NCBI GenBank assembly: GCA_965215125.1
Contig: OZ244052.1
Span: 576,001 to 640,000, forward strand
Direction: 5' to 3'
Origin: an uncultured candidatus Porisulfidus sp.
GTDB taxonomy: Bacteria; Pseudomonadota; Gammaproteobacteria; Poriferisulfidales; Oxydemutatoraceae
Length of the DNA stretch: 64,000 nucleotides
Part shown: positions 1 to 11,175 of the stretch, in pieces
Layout: every line of letters begins with the position of its first letter
Position numbering within the stretch: position 1 is the stretch's first letter
Program-made: the position numbers and the translations under genes
Notes under the pieces: model-generated
Told to the model about the DNA's origin: nothing
Seen by the model: only the letters and a program-made list of their open reading frames with translations
The model's database searches: none

Positions 1-650
1 TCCGTATCTTTTTGGTCGCTAAAATTGCCTTTATAAATCCAGACCTTGACACCTATAATCCCGTATGTGGTTTTAGCTTCGGCAAGTCCGTAGTCTATAT
101 TGGCATCGAGAGTGTGCAGAGGTACGCGTCCTTCCTTGGACCATTCGGAACGAGCGATTTCGGCCCCGTTCAAACGTCCGGATACGCAAATCTTAATACC
201 CAGAGCCCCTAAACGCATCGTGTTTTGCACTGCGCGTCTCATCGCACGACGAAACATGATGCGTCGTTCCAACTGCAGTGCGATGCTGGAGGCAACCAAT
301 GTTGCGTCGGTTTCCGGTTTACGTATCTCCTCTATGCTAATCTGCACATTATTAACCGAAATACCGTTAATATCGGCGATTTCGTGGCGTAAAGCCTCTA
401 TGTCTCCGCCTTTTTTACCGATGACAATACCCGGGCGCGCCGTGTGTACGGCAATATGCACAGCCTTATCGGTGCGTTCTATCGTGACACGGCTTACCGA
501 GGCATGCGCAAGCTTTTTCAACAAATAGCTACGTATTTTTATATCGCTATGTAAGGTCTCGCAATACTCGTTGCGGGAAACCAACCACTTTGATTCCCAA
601 TCGATTACGATGCCCACTCTAAAACCGGTGGGGTGTACTTTTTGTCCCAT
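1..650 (-). CDS. rpsC: 30S ribosomal protein S3 (3' end runs off the window)
   Basis: Manual translation from the ATG at 650: [13 protein letters not shown]...[13 protein letters not shown]...[13 protein letters not shown]...GRVPLHTL; lies downstream of rplV. Confidence 0.97.
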   Translation of the reverse strand, partial: MGQKVHPTGFRVGIVIDWESKWLVSRNEYCETLHSDIKIRSYLLKKLAHASVSRVTIERTDKAVHIAVHTARPGIVIGKKGGDIEALRHEIADINGISVNNVQISIEEIRKPETDATLVASSIALQLERRIMFRRAMRRAVQNTMRLGALGIKICVSGRLNGAEIARSEWSKEGRVPLHTLDANIDYGLAEAKTTYGIIGVKVWIYKGNFSDQKDT

Positions 651-663
651 AAACTATATTTCC

Positions 664-996
664 TTATTCATCACTCAATGTAATGCTAATATGACTCGTT
701 CTCTTTTTAATCGCAGAAGCACGCCCTCTGGCGCGTGCTCTAAAGCGGTTTAAGGTTGCCCCTTGATCCACTCGTATCGTGCGCACTTTGAGCTCATCTA
801 TATCGGCACCTTCGTTATTCTCGGCGTTTGCAATCGCCGACTCTAACAGTTTCAAAACCAAGCCTGCCGACTTAGTTCGACCAAATCGTAAATTTTCAAG
901 TGCGCGTTCGACCGACAGCCCGCGTAGCCGATCGGCGACCAATCTGCATTTTTGCGGCGATATTCTACATCTTTTTAAGGTTGCCGAAATTTCCAT
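664..996 (-). CDS. rplV: 50S ribosomal protein L22
   Basis: MEISATLKRCRISPQKCRLVAD...RARGRASAIKKRTSHI; start set at the ATG at 996 within ORF 664..1116. Confidence 0.96.
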   Translation of the reverse strand: MEISATLKRCRISPQKCRLVADRLRGLSVERALENLRFGRTKSAGLVLKLLESAIANAENNEGADIDELKVRTIRVDQGATLNRFRARARGRASAIKKRTSHISITLSDE

Positions 997-1006
997 CACA
1001 TTCTCC

Positions 1007-1279
1007 TTAACGAGCCTTCCGGTCGCCCGAATGTTCCTTGAAAGTGCGCGTCGGAGCGAATTCACCCAGTTTATGTCCGACCATATGCTCGGAGATATAA
1101 ATCGGTACATGCGCACGCCCGTTATGTACTGCGATATTCAAACCGACCATTTCCGGCACTACCATAGACCGCCTAGACCATGTCTTAATCGGGCGTTTGT
1201 CTCGGGCTTCGGCTGCCTTTCTAACCTTTTTCATCAAATGTTCGTCGACAAAAGGACCTTTTTTTATAGAACGCGGCAT
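1007..1279 (-). CDS. rpsS: 30S ribosomal protein S19
   Basis: [12 protein letters not shown]...KTWSRRS...[11 protein letters not shown]. Confidence 0.98.
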   Translation of the reverse strand: MPRSIKKGPFVDEHLMKKVRKAAEARDKRPIKTWSRRSMVVPEMVGLNIAVHNGRAHVPIYISEHMVGHKLGEFAPTRTFKEHSGDRKAR

Positions 1280-1292
1280 ATTCGTAATCTCT

Positions 1293-2123
1293 TTATCTTC
1301 TGTTACTGCGACGACGCACGATATATTTATCGGTGCTTCTATTTTTTCTAGTCCTAAAACCTTTGGTCGGCATTCCCCACGGGCTTACCGGGTGACGGCC
1401 GCCGGAGGTTTTGCCCTCACCACCGCCGTGCGGATGATCTATAGGATTCATCGCCACACCTCTAACCGTAGGTCTCACCCCTCGCCATCTCTTGGCACCG
1501 GCTTTACCCAGTTTTCTTAAACCGTGCTCGTTATTAGAAACGATGCCGATCGTCGCCCGACATGACAGTTCTATGCGGCGCATTTCTCCCGACACCAATC
1601 GCAACATTGCGTAGTTTCCTTCGCGTGCCACATATTGCAACGAGGTGCCTGCCGCTCGCGCAAGCTGGGCACCCTTCTTGGGCTTCATCTCCACACAATG
1701 TACGGTTGTACCGACCGGAATATCTTTGAGTAAAAGTGCGTTCCCGCGTTTGATAGGTGCATCGCTACCCGACATCAGTTGGTCGCCGGGTGCGATATTC
1801 TCGGGAGCGATAATGTAGCGTCGTTCTCCGTCGGCGTATAACACCAAAGCGATATTGGCACTTCTGTTCGGGTCGTATTCTATGCGTTCCACACGGCACT
1901 GAATTCCATCTTTGTCGCGCTTAAAATCAATATGGCGGTAACGACGTTTATGCCCACCCCCTATATGCCTCACCGTAATTCTGCCGCCGGCACCACGTCC
2001 GCTGCTCGTTTTTTTGCCCTGCACCAAAGGTGCATACGGATCGCCTTTGTACAAGTCGCCGCGTTTGGTCGTCACCCTAAAGCGGGTGCCCGGCGATGTC
2101 GGTTTATATTTATGCAGTGCCAT
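1293..2123 (-). CDS. rplB: 50S ribosomal protein L2
   Basis: [30 protein letters not shown]. Confidence 0.99.
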   Translation of the reverse strand: MALHKYKPTSPGTRFRVTTKRGDLYKGDPYAPLVQGKKTSSGRGAGGRITVRHIGGGHKRRYRHIDFKRDKDGIQCRVERIEYDPNRSANIALVLYADGERRYIIAPENIAPGDQLMSGSDAPIKRGNALLLKDIPVGTTVHCVEMKPKKGAQLARAAGTSLQYVAREGNYAMLRLVSGEMRRIELSCRATIGIVSNNEHGLRKLGKAGAKRWRGVRPTVRGVAMNPIDHPHGGGEGKTSGGRHPVSPWGMPTKGFRTRKNRSTDKYIVRRRSNRR

Positions 2124-2432
2124 CTATTCGCTTCCCGAAATGATGATATTGGAACCTTCGGCCAGGGTGATATAAGCCTTTTTCCAGTCCTTGCAACGCC
2201 CGAGCTTACCTTTAATCCTTCCTTTGCGCTTGCCTTTGACATTGACGACACGCACTCGCTCAACCTTGACTTCGTAATGCGACTCAATCGCCTTTTTAAT
2301 AGCGTGTTTGGTGGCTTTGGGTGCAACCCTGAATGTATGTTGATTAGACTGCATTACTCGGGTTGATTTCTCGGAGATATGGGGGCGGATTAACACACGG
2401 GCGGTTTTCTCTATCGGTAATAAATTTTTCAT
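2124..2432 (-). CDS. rplW: 50S ribosomal protein L23
   Basis: PHISEKS...WKKAYITL; S10 operon order. Confidence 0.96.
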   Translation of the reverse strand: MKNLLPIEKTARVLIRPHISEKSTRVMQSNQHTFRVAPKATKHAIKKAIESHYEVKVERVRVVNVKGKRKGRIKGKLGRCKDWKKAYITLAEGSNIIISGSE

Positions 2433-3031
2433 CGCAGGTTGTCCTGTATTTTTTCGATCGCCGGCTTGGTCATCAATACTTTATCGAAGCGCATCAAATT
2501 CACCGGGTCTATTTCGTGCGCCAGCAATACGCCGACCCACGGGATATTACTGCTTGCCATAAAGAGGGTTTCGTCCTCTTCCGCCAGCACGATCAAAACC
2601 GAGGTGATAGACATCGTTTTTAGTTTCTCTATCAATAGCTTGGTTTTGGGCTTTTCTATCGTCAATTCGTCTACGACGATTAAACGGTTTGAGCGGTTGA
2701 GTTCGGATAGCAAAGACTTTAGTGCGCCGCGATACATCTTTTTATTCAACTTTTGATTAAAGCTACGCGGTTGTGCCGCGAAAGTACGACCGCCACCTCG
2801 CCATAACGGGCTTCTGATGGTTCCGGCACGCGCACGCCCCATACCCTTTTGACGCCACGGCTTACTCCCTCCACCCGCAACTCTAGAGCGGTTCTTCTGA
2901 GCTTTAGTGCCACTTCGCGCCCGTGCTTGAAACGCTACCGCGGCTTGATGTATCAAGGCAGCATTGTACCGACAGTCAAAGATGCCTGCATCGACGAACA
3001 AGGTGCCGCCGTCTGCTTGTTTAAGTTCCAT
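2429..3031 (-). CDS. rplD: 50S ribosomal protein L4
   Basis: [25 protein letters not shown]. Confidence 0.98.
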   Translation of the reverse strand: MELKQADGGTLFVDAGIFDCRYNAALIHQAAVAFQARARSGTKAQKNRSRVAGGGSKPWRQKGMGRARAGTIRSPLWRGGGRTFAAQPRSFNQKLNKKMYRGALKSLLSELNRSNRLIVVDELTIEKPKTKLLIEKLKTMSITSVLIVLAEEDETLFMASSNIPWVGVLLAHEIDPVNLMRFDKVLMTKPAIEKIQDNLR

Positions 3032-3833
3032 CTTTGTTTCCTTCTTTCTGTGGTTGCGCTTGCTCGGATTCGGCTTTTTGATCCGCCTCGGTGGCTGGTT
3101 CGGGTTGTGTCTCTGCTTTCGCTTCGGTGGTTTGCTCGGATGTCGGTGTTGTTTCGTCGGATTGTTGCGGTTCTATATCGGGAGATACCGCTTGTATATC
3201 TATATCGGATAAATGTCTTATCAGTACCGTGTTATTGCGGCTCCCGGGTACCGCACCTTTAATCCATAATAACTGGCGTTCTTCGTCTACTTTGACGATC
3301 TCCAAATTTTTGACGGTCACACGCGCATTGCCCATTTGTCCGGGCATTTTTTTGCCTTTGAACACACGCCCCGGAAACTGACATTGCCCTACCGAACCCA
3401 TGACTCGATGGGATAACGAGTTGCCGTGGCTGTTGTCTTGCCCGCGAAAGTTATGCCGTTTGATGGTGCCGGCAAACCCTTTGCCTTTGCTGATTCCCGT
3501 AACTCGTACTTTCTGTCCTTCGCTGAATATCTCCACACCGATTTGCCCGCCGACTTTTTTGACTTCGCTGTCGGCAATACGAAATTCGCATATTTCTTTA
3601 CCTGCCAACACGCTTGTTTTTCTAAAATGTCCTTTCATAGGGCGCGTAATCCGCGATGCTTTTTTGTCATCGCCACCCACTAACTGCATCGCGTTATAGC
3701 CGTCTTTTTCAATCGTTTTAACTTGGGCTATGCGATTAGGAATGACGCGTATGATAGTGCACGGTACGGAGATACCCTCTTCCTTAAAGAGCCTACTCAT
3801 GCCCGCTTTCTGTCCGATTACGCCTATTGCCAT
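3021..3833 (-). CDS. rplC: 50S ribosomal protein L3 with acidic C-terminal extension
   Basis: [32 protein letters not shown]; start set at MAIGVIG. Confidence 0.97.
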   Translation of the reverse strand: MAIGVIGQKAGMSRLFKEEGISVPCTIIRVIPNRIAQVKTIEKDGYNAMQLVGGDDKKASRITRPMKGHFRKTSVLAGKEICEFRIADSEVKKVGGQIGVEIFSEGQKVRVTGISKGKGFAGTIKRHNFRGQDNSHGNSLSHRVMGSVGQCQFPGRVFKGKKMPGQMGNARVTVKNLEIVKVDEERQLLWIKGAVPGSRNNTVLIRHLSDIDIQAVSPDIEPQQSDETTPTSEQTTEAKAETQPEPATEADQKAESEQAQPQKEGNKDGT

Positions 3834-3844
3834 TGTCCCGTCCG

Positions 3845-4174
3845 TCAATTTAACTTTATCTGTACATCTACGCCGGCGGCTAAATCCAAATTCATTAATG
3901 CATCCACCGTTTTCTCGGTCGGACCGACGATATCCATAATGCGTTTATGAGTTCTAATCTCGTATTGATCGCGGGCATCTTTATCTACATGAGGCGAGAT
4001 CAATACCGTAAAGTGTTCTATCTTGGTCGGTAAAGGAATAGGTCCTTTAATACTGGCACCGGTGCGTTTAACCGCTTCTGCAATCTCGCTTGCGGATTTA
4101 TCGAGCAGACGATGATCAAAGGCTTTTAATCTAATTCTTATTTTGCTCCCTGTTTCTAACATTTGTTTAGCCAT
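3845..4174 (-). CDS. rpsJ: 30S ribosomal protein S10
   Basis: [15 protein letters not shown]...GPIPLPT...[13 protein letters not shown]. Confidence 0.98.
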   Translation of the reverse strand: MAKQMLETGSKIRIRLKAFDHRLLDKSASEIAEAVKRTGASIKGPIPLPTKIEHFTVLISPHVDKDARDQYEIRTHKRIMDIVGPTEKTVDALMNLDLAAGVDVQIKLN

Positions 4175-4199
4175 TTTCCGATTTCCCGTATAGTGCGTC

Positions 4200-5393
4200 T
4201 TATTCTATGATTTTAGCTACTACGCCTGCGCCTACCGTGCGACCCCCTTCCCTGATCGCAAAACGCAAACCCTCTTCCATCGCAATAGGTCCTATTAAAC
4301 TCACCGCCATCTTTACATTGTCCCCCGGCATCACCATCTCTACACCGGACTCCAATTCTACCGCACCGGTCACATCCGTCGTCCTAAAATAAAACTGCGG
4401 TCTGTAGCCTTTGAAAAACGGCGTGTGCCGACCGCCTTCCTCTTTAGACAATATATACACCTCCGCCTCGAACTTCTTGTGCGGCGTGATCGAACCCGGC
4501 TTGCACAACACCTGACCTCGCTCTACTTCCTCTCGCTTCGTCCCTCGCAACAACACCCCGACATTGTCTCCGGCACGACCCTCGTCCAACAGCTTCCTGA
4601 ACATCTCTACTCCCGTACAGGTCGTCTTGTTCGTCTCTCTTATTCCTACAATCTCTATCTCGTCTCCTACTTTCACAATCCCTCGCTCTATGCGACCGGT
4701 CACCACCGTTCCCCGTCCCGATATCGAAAATACATCTTCTACCGGCATCAGATAGTCTCCGTCTATCGCTCGCTCCGGTTCCGGGATATACTTGTCCATC
4801 TCCGCTATCAACTGCTCTATCGACGACACGCCCATCTCCGAGCTGTCTCCTTCCAACGCCTTCAGTGCCGAACCCGTCACAATCGGAATATCGTCTCCCG
4901 GAAACTCGTAGTTGGACAACAACTCGCGCACTTCCATCTCTACCAACTCCATCAACTCCTTATCGTCTACCATGTCCGCTTTATTCAAATACACGACGAT
5001 ATGCGGCACACCCACTTGGCGTGCCAACAAAATATGCTCTCGCGTCTGGGGCATCGGACCATCCGCCGCACTCACCACCAAAATCGCACCGTCCATCTGT
5101 GCTGCGCCGGTTATCATGTTCTTGATATAGTCGGCGTGCCCCGGACAATCCACATGCGCATAGTGCCTCGCTTCCGATTCATACTCTACATGTGCCGTCG
5201 CTATCGTTATCCCTCGCTCTCGTTCCTCCGGCGCATTGTCTATCTGCTCATACGAACGATACTCGCCGGCACCCTGCTGATCCAACATCACTTTAGTCAT
5301 CGCCGCCGTCAATGTCGTCTTGCCGTGATCTACATGCCCTATGGTTCCCACATTGACATGCGGTTTCGTTCTTTCAAATTTCTCTTTAGACAT
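4200..5393 (-). CDS. tuf: Elongation factor Tu
   Basis: [21 protein letters not shown]; 397 aa. Confidence 0.99.
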   Translation of the reverse strand: MSKEKFERTKPHVNVGTIGHVDHGKTTLTAAMTKVMLDQQGAGEYRSYEQIDNAPEERERGITIATAHVEYESEARHYAHVDCPGHADYIKNMITGAAQMDGAILVVSAADGPMPQTREHILLARQVGVPHIVVYLNKADMVDDKELMELVEMEVRELLSNYEFPGDDIPIVTGSALKALEGDSSEMGVSSIEQLIAEMDKYIPEPERAIDGDYLMPVEDVFSISGRGTVVTGRIERGIVKVGDEIEIVGIRETNKTTCTGVEMFRKLLDEGRAGDNVGVLLRGTKREEVERGQVLCKPGSITPHKKFEAEVYILSKEEGGRHTPFFKGYRPQFYFRTTDVTGAVELESGVEMVMPGDNVKMAVSLIGPIAMEEGLRFAIREGGRTVGAGVVAKIIE

Positions 5394-5407
5394 GTTATCC
5401 CTATCGT

Positions 5408-7498
5408 TTATTGTTTCTTGATAATGTCATCGGCTACATTATTCGGCACTTGCGTATACTTCAAAAATTCCATGGTATAGGTTGCGCGACCTTGCGTAGC
5501 CGAGCGTAAATCGGTTGCGTAGCCGAACATTTCCTTAAGCGGCACTTCGGCGCGTATCGTCTTACCCAATACACTTTCCTCCATAGCATCTATAATACCT
5601 CTGCGCCTATTCAAGTCACCCACGACATCGCCCATATAATCCTCCGGGGTTACGACTTCCACTTTCATCATCGGTTCAAGTAGCACCGGCGAGGCATTGT
5701 TAAATCCTTCTCTAAAGCAACGCGAGGCAGCGGTCTTGAATGCAATTTCCGATGAATCCACATCGTGATACGAACCGTCGTATAAAGTCACTTTAACATC
5801 AACCACCGGATACCCTGCAATCACGCCGTTCTGCATCTGCTCTTGAATACCTTTGTCTACCGCCGGGATATATTCCTTCGGCACAACACCGCCTACTATT
5901 TCATTGACAAAGGTATAGCCACTACCCGCTTCGGCAGGCTCTATCTTCAACCATACATGTCCGTATTGCCCTCGACCACCGGTCTGCTTGATATATTTGC
6001 CTTCTTGTTGGATCGCTTGCAGCGCGGTTTCGCGATACGCAACTTGCGGTTCGCCTACGTTTGCATCGACATTAAACTCACGACGCAAACGATCCACGAT
6101 GATTTCCAAGTGTAATTCACCCATCCCTGAAATAATCGTTTGACCCGACTCCTCGTCGGTCTTGACCTTAAAAGAGGGGTCTTCGGTAGATAATTTCTGC
6201 AAAGCCAGACCCATTTTTTCTTGATCTACTTTGGTCTTAGGTTCTACTGCCACTGCGATAACCGGTTCCGGAAAATTCATACTCTCCAGTGCAATCGGGT
6301 TGTTGCCGTCGCATAGGGTATGACCCGTAACCACACCTTTGAAACCGACACCGGCAGCAATATCTCCCGCCCTGACTTCTTTGATCTCTTCACGAGAATT
6401 AGAATGCATCTGCAACAATCGCCCGGCACGCTCTTTTTTGTCGGTTGAAGCATTCAAAATACTATCGCCGGAGTTCAACACGCCCGAATACACGCGGAAA
6501 AAAGTTAACACACCGACATACGGGTCGGTCGCAACTTTGAAAGCCAAAGCCGAGAAGGGTTCGTCGTCGGATGCTTTGCGTTGCGGCGGTTCCTTACCGT
6601 CTTCGCATAAACCGACGATATCGGGCACCTCCGACGGCGACGGCAGATAATAAATCGCTGCATCGAGCAGTGCTTGAACACCCTTATTCTTAAACGCCGT
6701 TCCACACAATACCGGCACGATCTCGTTGGCAAGGGTACGTATACGTATACCTTTGCGTATATCGTCCGCTTGTAGTTCGTTTTCCAGATATTTCTCCATC
6801 AGCTCTTCGCTGGCTTCGGCGGCACTCTCGGTGAGTTGATGGTGCAAGGTTTCACACTCCTCTTTCATATCATCGGGGATATCACCCGCTTCATAAGTAA
6901 CGCCTTTATCCTCACTGTTCCAACGTATTGCCGTTTGAGTGACTAAATCTATGACACCTTCAAACTTATCCTCACTTCCTATAGGAACTTGTAGCGGTAT
7001 CGCTTTTGCCCCCAAACGCTCCTTTATCTGAGATACAACTCTAAAGAAATCGGCACCCGCCCTATCCATCTTATTGACGAATGCGATACGCGGAACTGTA
7101 TAGCGATTGGCTTGCCGCCACACCGTCTCCGATTGTGGTTCGACACCGCCGACCGCACAAAATACCGCAACGGCACCGTCTAATACGCGCAAAGAACGCT
7201 CAACTTCTATAGTGAAATCAACATGGCCGGGCGTGTCTATAATGTTGATGCGATGTTCGTCGAACTGCTGATCCATGCCTTGCCAAAAGCATGTGGTTGC
7301 TGCCGAGGTAATTGTGATACCGCGTTCTTGTTCTTGTTCCATCCAGTCCATAACCGCCGAGCCTTCGTGCACCTCACCCATTTTGTGCGAGATGCCGGTA
7401 TAGAATAAAATTCTTTCGGTCGTCGTCGTCTTGCCGGCATCTATATGTGCCATGATGCCGATGTTGCGATAATGTTGCAAAGGTGTCTTACGAGCCAT
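5408..7498 (-). CDS. fusA: Elongation factor G
   Basis: [21 protein letters not shown]; 696 aa. Confidence 0.99.
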   Translation of the reverse strand: MARKTPLQHYRNIGIMAHIDAGKTTTTERILFYTGISHKMGEVHEGSAVMDWMEQEQERGITITSAATTCFWQGMDQQFDEHRINIIDTPGHVDFTIEVERSLRVLDGAVAVFCAVGGVEPQSETVWRQANRYTVPRIAFVNKMDRAGADFFRVVSQIKERLGAKAIPLQVPIGSEDKFEGVIDLVTQTAIRWNSEDKGVTYEAGDIPDDMKEECETLHHQLTESAAEASEELMEKYLENELQADDIRKGIRIRTLANEIVPVLCGTAFKNKGVQALLDAAIYYLPSPSEVPDIVGLCEDGKEPPQRKASDDEPFSALAFKVATDPYVGVLTFFRVYSGVLNSGDSILNASTDKKERAGRLLQMHSNSREEIKEVRAGDIAAGVGFKGVVTGHTLCDGNNPIALESMNFPEPVIAVAVEPKTKVDQEKMGLALQKLSTEDPSFKVKTDEESGQTIISGMGELHLEIIVDRLRREFNVDANVGEPQVAYRETALQAIQQEGKYIKQTGGRGQYGHVWLKIEPAEAGSGYTFVNEIVGGVVPKEYIPAVDKGIQEQMQNGVIAGYPVVDVKVTLYDGSYHDVDSSEIAFKTAASRCFREGFNNASPVLLEPMMKVEVVTPEDYMGDVVGDLNRRRGIIDAMEESVLGKTIRAEVPLKEMFGYATDLRSATQGRATYTMEFLKYTQVPNNVADDIIKKQ

Positions 7499-7502
7499 CT
7501 TT

Positions 7503-7970
7503 CTACCACCTATAATGTGAAAAGGCTTTGTTCGCTTCCGCCATCTTCATCGTGTCTTCGCGTTTCTTGACGGCACCTCCGCGATTATCTGCGGCATCTC
7601 GTATCTCTGCAGCGAGCTTGTTGACCATAGAGTCCGCTTTGCGCTTGCTCGCTGCATCTATAATCCAACGCATCGCCAAGGTTTGCTGACGAACCGGGCG
7701 CACTTCTACCGGCACCTGATAGTTTGCTCCGCCTACTCTGCGAGATTTAACTTCCACACGGGGCTTAGCGGCATCCAAAGCCTTCTTGAATACATCCAGT
7801 GCTTTATCGGATTTTTTATCAATTTTATTTAATGCGCCATAAACGATGCCTTCGGCAACAGACTTCTTGCCTCGCTGCATCACCAAGTTGATAAACTTAG
7901 CCAAGGTTTGGTCATGGTATTTCGGGTCTACTAATATTTCTCTAGGCTGTATTTCACGGCGACGCGGCAT
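7503..7970 (-). CDS. rpsG: 30S ribosomal protein S7
   Basis: [19 protein letters not shown]...[12 protein letters not shown]. Confidence 0.98.
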   Translation of the reverse strand: MPRRREIQPREILVDPKYHDQTLAKFINLVMQRGKKSVAEGIVYGALNKIDKKSDKALDVFKKALDAAKPRVEVKSRRVGGANYQVPVEVRPVRQQTLAMRWIIDAASKRKADSMVNKLAAEIRDAADNRGGAVKKREDTMKMAEANKAFSHYRW

Positions 7971-7985
7971 TTCTCTACTCTCCTA

Positions 7986-8360
7986 TTATGCTTTGGCACG
8001 TTTGGTTCCGTATTTGGAACGGCCTTTTTTCCTTCCTTCTACACCTTGGGTATCCAAGCTGCCGCGAATCGTATGGTAGCGTACTCCCGGCAAATCCTTT
8101 ACTCGCCCACCCCGTATTAGCACAACCGAGTGCTCTTGTAGATTGTGCCCTTCACCACCTATATAGGTCGTCACCTCGTAGCCGTTTGTCAAGCGGACGC
8201 GTGCAACCTTGCGCAGTGCCGAATTAGGCTTCTTAGGTGTTGTGGTATAAACACGAGTACAAACGCCTCGCTTTTGAGGGCATCTTTCCAATGCCACCAC
8301 ATTGCTTTTCGCAACCTTGGGTTTCCTCGGTTTGCGTACTAATTGGTTAATCGTCGTCAT
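7986..8360 (-). CDS. rpsL: 30S ribosomal protein S12
   Basis: [13 protein letters not shown]...[13 protein letters not shown]. Confidence 0.99.
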   Translation of the reverse strand: MTTINQLVRKPRKPKVAKSNVVALERCPQKRGVCTRVYTTTPKKPNSALRKVARVRLTNGYEVTTYIGGEGHNLQEHSVVLIRGGRVKDLPGVRYHTIRGSLDTQGVEGRKKGRSKYGTKRAKA

Positions 8361-8450
8361 GTAATTAAAATACTCCTTTTCGGCAATATATAAGCGTAAA
8401 TAATCCTATCCGCCTTATTGCGGAATCAGCCTTTAGGGGAAGGATAAGGA

Positions 8451-8479
8451 ATTATAATAGGAAATGGAAAAATGTGCAA
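8451..8479 (-). promoter_or_regulatory. sigma70 promoter of the str/S10 operon
   Basis: Minus strand reads TTGCAC (8479-8474), 17 bp spacer, TATAAT (8456-8451), about 90 bp upstream of rpsL. Confidence 0.8.
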
Positions 8480-9513
8480 GGGGATGTACGATGCCATGAC
8501 ATATTGGACAAATGGGGGCAAAAGGAAGCGAGCTGTTGTGCCGGTGTTTTATAGGCTAGACTTTGGTGCGGTCTCCTGAAGTTATACCGCCCGAGATATT
8601 CAAATAATACATCGTTAAATCGTCCTAAATCGGTCACTAAAATATCCTCATGATGTGCTACAAACTCCTCCTGAATGGTGCGGTTAAATCTCTCGTCTAC
8701 GGCATTCATTTTCGGGCAACGAGGATAAGTATAACAGTGTTTAATGTTGTGTTGTTGTAGATAAGCCTCGAAGTCGCCGGCAAACTCGCTGCCGTTGTCG
8801 GTCAGTACTTGAGAGAGGTTGCCGGGGAATACCGTGTCCACCAATCTTGCGAATGTCGCAGCATTTTTACTGTGGGCACGTCGGCAGGCGACGGCAACGG
8901 CGAAACGGCTGTAGTGGTCAATCGCAGTGAACAGATAATAGCGTGTCCGATCAACGAAATAATGGATGGTATCCATAGCCACGCAGTGTCCGGGAAATTG
9001 CGCTTTGGCATCTTTGCCGAGACGGTTGCGTGGTTGAGAAACCTTACGTTTGTGTGTTTTCTTAGAGGGCGAACAACGCATGTTGTCCGATGCATCGGCA
9101 ATCAACCGAGCAATGGTGCGAGGCTTCGGACACTGCAGTTCCCGTGCATCACACCACGGCTTTAAGAAGTAGTAAATCTTCGGCGCACCCATATTCGGAT
9201 AGCTGTGTCGCAGTCGCCTAATCTCATCACTGATGTGAGTAGACCAATTACGGCGACGACGCTGCCGAGGTGCTTTACTTGCGTCTCGCAAAGCGGATAC
9301 ACCGCCCTCGTCAAAGCACTTTTTCCAGCGGTATAGGGTGGAACGGCTCACCCCGACAAAGTCTTGGGTTGCGTTTAAGCCGTGTTTGTTCCAAAATTCT
9401 AGTGCATTAAGTTTTTGTTTGGCATCTGTTGCCATCATAGCCTCCGTTTTGTTGGAAAAAGAGGCTATTTTATAAAAACCTGTAATGCGGTAGCCGATGT
9501 GCTGGTTTTGCAT
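8452..9513 (-). CDS. DDE (rve/integrase-core) transposase with N-terminal HTH, IS481-like
   Basis: VSRSTLYRWKK HTH; AMDTI...LTDNGSEF...ERFNRTIQEEF...YNFRRPHQSL; reading frame runs through the IR and stops in flanking DNA. Confidence 0.9.
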   Translation of the reverse strand: MQNQHIGYRITGFYKIASFSNKTEAMMATDAKQKLNALEFWNKHGLNATQDFVGVSRSTLYRWKKCFDEGGVSALRDASKAPRQRRRRNWSTHISDEIRRLRHSYPNMGAPKIYYFLKPWCDARELQCPKPRTIARLIADASDNMRCSPSKKTHKRKVSQPRNRLGKDAKAQFPGHCVAMDTIHYFVDRTRYYLFTAIDHYSRFAVAVACRRAHSKNAATFARLVDTVFPGNLSQVLTDNGSEFAGDFEAYLQQHNIKHCYTYPRCPKMNAVDERFNRTIQEEFVAHHEDILVTDLGRFNDVLFEYLGRYNFRRPHQSLAYKTPAQQLASFCPHLSNMSWHRTSPCTFFHFLL

Positions 9514-9616
9514 GTCGGCTACTTTGATTTAAGAGGTATTTTTCCACTAGGAAAAGTACTTTTCCTAGTGGAAAGATTAGGTTCTAAAGAGTCCAATATG
9601 TATCTGGCATTGTACA
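8485..9616 (-). mobile_element. IS481-like insertion sequence
   Basis: TGT...ACA ends; imperfect IRs TGTACGATGCCATGACATATTGGAC / TGTACAATGCCAGATACATATTGGAC; flanked by the direct repeat GGGGA (8480-8484, 9617-9621). Confidence 0.85.
9541..9574. repeat. Perfect 34 bp palindrome upstream of the IS481-like transposase
   Basis: TTTCCACTAGGAAAAGT|ACTTTTCCTAGTGGAAA. Confidence 0.95.
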
Positions 9617-9654
9617 GGGGAACCTTGATTTTTTGTCAACCTCAAGCGGTAATA

Positions 9655-9705
9655 CCTCGTCCGTCCTGCAGCGTGTCTCCTCCGACTTCCTAGGCACTGC
9701 ATCTG
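9655..9705 (-). other. Remnant of the IS110 left-end (bridge RNA) region
   Basis: Reverse complement is identical over 51 bp to 27091-27141. Confidence 0.85.
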
Positions 9706-9780
9706 ACCTTACCCCCCAAAACTGGGCCATGACAAAGATGAGATTTCCAGTTAAATTAGTAAACAACAGGAGGTTTCAAA

Positions 9781-10044
9781 ATGAAGAAACGATATACAGA
9801 AGAGCAAATTATCGGTGCGGTCAAATCACATGAGGCAGGTCGCACGATAGAGGATATTTGCCGAGAACTCGGTATAGCGCATGGCACCTTTTACAACTGG
9901 CGTAGCAAATATGCCGGGTTAGAAGTCAATGACGCCAAGCGATTAAAGAACCTTGTATCGGAGAATAACCGACTCAAGAAACTACTCGGCGAGCAATTAC
10001 TAGAAATCACCGCCCTCAAGGATGTGCTATCAAAAAAGTGGTGA
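9781..10044 (+). CDS. IS3 transposase OrfA
   Basis: MKKRYTEEQII...TFYNWRSKYAG...LSKKW; A6G slippery motif (AAAAAAG) at the orfA/orfB overlap. Confidence 0.93.
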   Translation: MKKRYTEEQIIGAVKSHEAGRTIEDICRELGIAHGTFYNWRSKYAGLEVNDAKRLKNLVSENNRLKKLLGEQLLEITALKDVLSKKW

Positions 10045-10856
10045 CCCCGGCAAGCAAAAGAAGCGTTGTTGCAGAGCTGAATACCCATTGGAGTTTGAGT
10101 GAGAGGCGCAGTTGCGCGCTGGTCGGGATCAGCCGTAGTAGTTATCACTATCAAGCACAGCCGCGTTGTGATGCAGAGATTAGAAGTCGCTTGTGCGAGT
10201 TGGCAAGCAAGTATCCACGCTATGGCTATTTGCTACTCTACCGTTTGCTACGAGAGGCAGGCTTTGTAGTGAATAAAAAACGGGTTCACCGCATCTACAA
10301 AGAAGCGAGACTGCAAGTACCCAAAAGACTGCGCAAGAAGCTCATCCGCACGAGGCAACGGCAGGCATTGCCTGAACAGGTGAATTGTCGCTGGTCAATG
10401 GACTTTGTGCATGATCGGTTAAGCGACGGCAGGTCGTTTAGGATATTCAATGTGATGGACGATTACAGTCGCGAACTGATCGGTCAATTCGCTGGTTTTT
10501 CGATTAGCAGTGGGCAAGTGGTGAGATGTTTAGAGCAACTCATCGCCGAGCGAGGTTGTCCGCAAAGCATCGTCTGCGACAACGGGCCGGAGTTCACTAG
10601 TAAAAAGATGCAGGTCTGGTCGCAAGATAGCGGCGTGGAACTACACTTTATTCAACCGGGTAAGCCGACCCAGAATGCTTTGGTGGAAAGCCTGAACGGT
10701 AAGTTTAGAGACAATTGCCTTAACCAGCACTGGTTCCGCAGCCTTCAGGAAGCGCGTCATATTATTGAACAGTGGCGATACCACTATAACCATGAACGCC
10801 CGCATAGCTCATTAGATTATATGACCCCGGTAGCATTCGCCACACGTGTTGCGTAG
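10038..10856 (+). CDS. IS3 transposase OrfB (DDE)
   Basis: WSMDFVHD...CDNGPEF...PGKPTQNALVESLNG...YNHERPHSSL. Confidence 0.95.
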   Translation: MVTPASKRSVVAELNTHWSLSERRSCALVGISRSSYHYQAQPRCDAEIRSRLCELASKYPRYGYLLLYRLLREAGFVVNKKRVHRIYKEARLQVPKRLRKKLIRTRQRQALPEQVNCRWSMDFVHDRLSDGRSFRIFNVMDDYSRELIGQFAGFSISSGQVVRCLEQLIAERGCPQSIVCDNGPEFTSKKMQVWSQDSGVELHFIQPGKPTQNALVESLNGKFRDNCLNQHWFRSLQEARHIIEQWRYHYNHERPHSSLDYMTPVAFATRVA

Positions 10857-10877
10857 CGTAAGGCTTGTTTAGTAGTT

Positions 10878-11090
10878 ATGAAACGAGCTAAAAATCAGCA
10901 GCTAGTAGAGGTCATCTCGACTAGAGATCGTCGCTTAAAGGCGCATTATGAGGCTGGTTTTTTAGTTGCAAGACTTCAATTTAGGCAACAACATAGGATT
11001 TTGTCTAAATTGCCACTGAACGAGAATAACCAACCCATATTGGAATGCGAGCTTGGAAATCTAGCTTTATTTAAGATTTTATTAGCATAA
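10878..11090 (+). CDS. Small hypothetical ORF inside the IS3 right end
   Basis: 70 aa ORF identical in both IS copies; no recognisable motif. Confidence 0.3.
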   Translation: MKRAKNQQLVEVISTRDRRLKAHYEAGFLVARLQFRQQHRILSKLPLNENNQPILECELGNLALFKILLA

Positions 11091-11175
11091 GGCACAGAGG
11101 TGACTTATAATACAGATCTCATTTAAGTTTTGGCCCTGAAAATGGGGAAAAGTCAAGTTGGTGAATTAGGAGACA

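Larger units (their letters stand above)
9704..11155 (+). mobile_element. IS3-family element (IS407 group), copy 1
   Basis: TG...CA ends; IRL TGACCTTACCCCCCAAAACTGGGCC, IRR GGCCCTGAAAATGGGGAAAAGTCA; orfA/orfB; no matching target duplication. Confidence 0.93.

Noticed and set aside
4425-5480. 351 aa plus-strand ORF
   Set aside because: Antisense shadow of tuf with no recognisable motifs.
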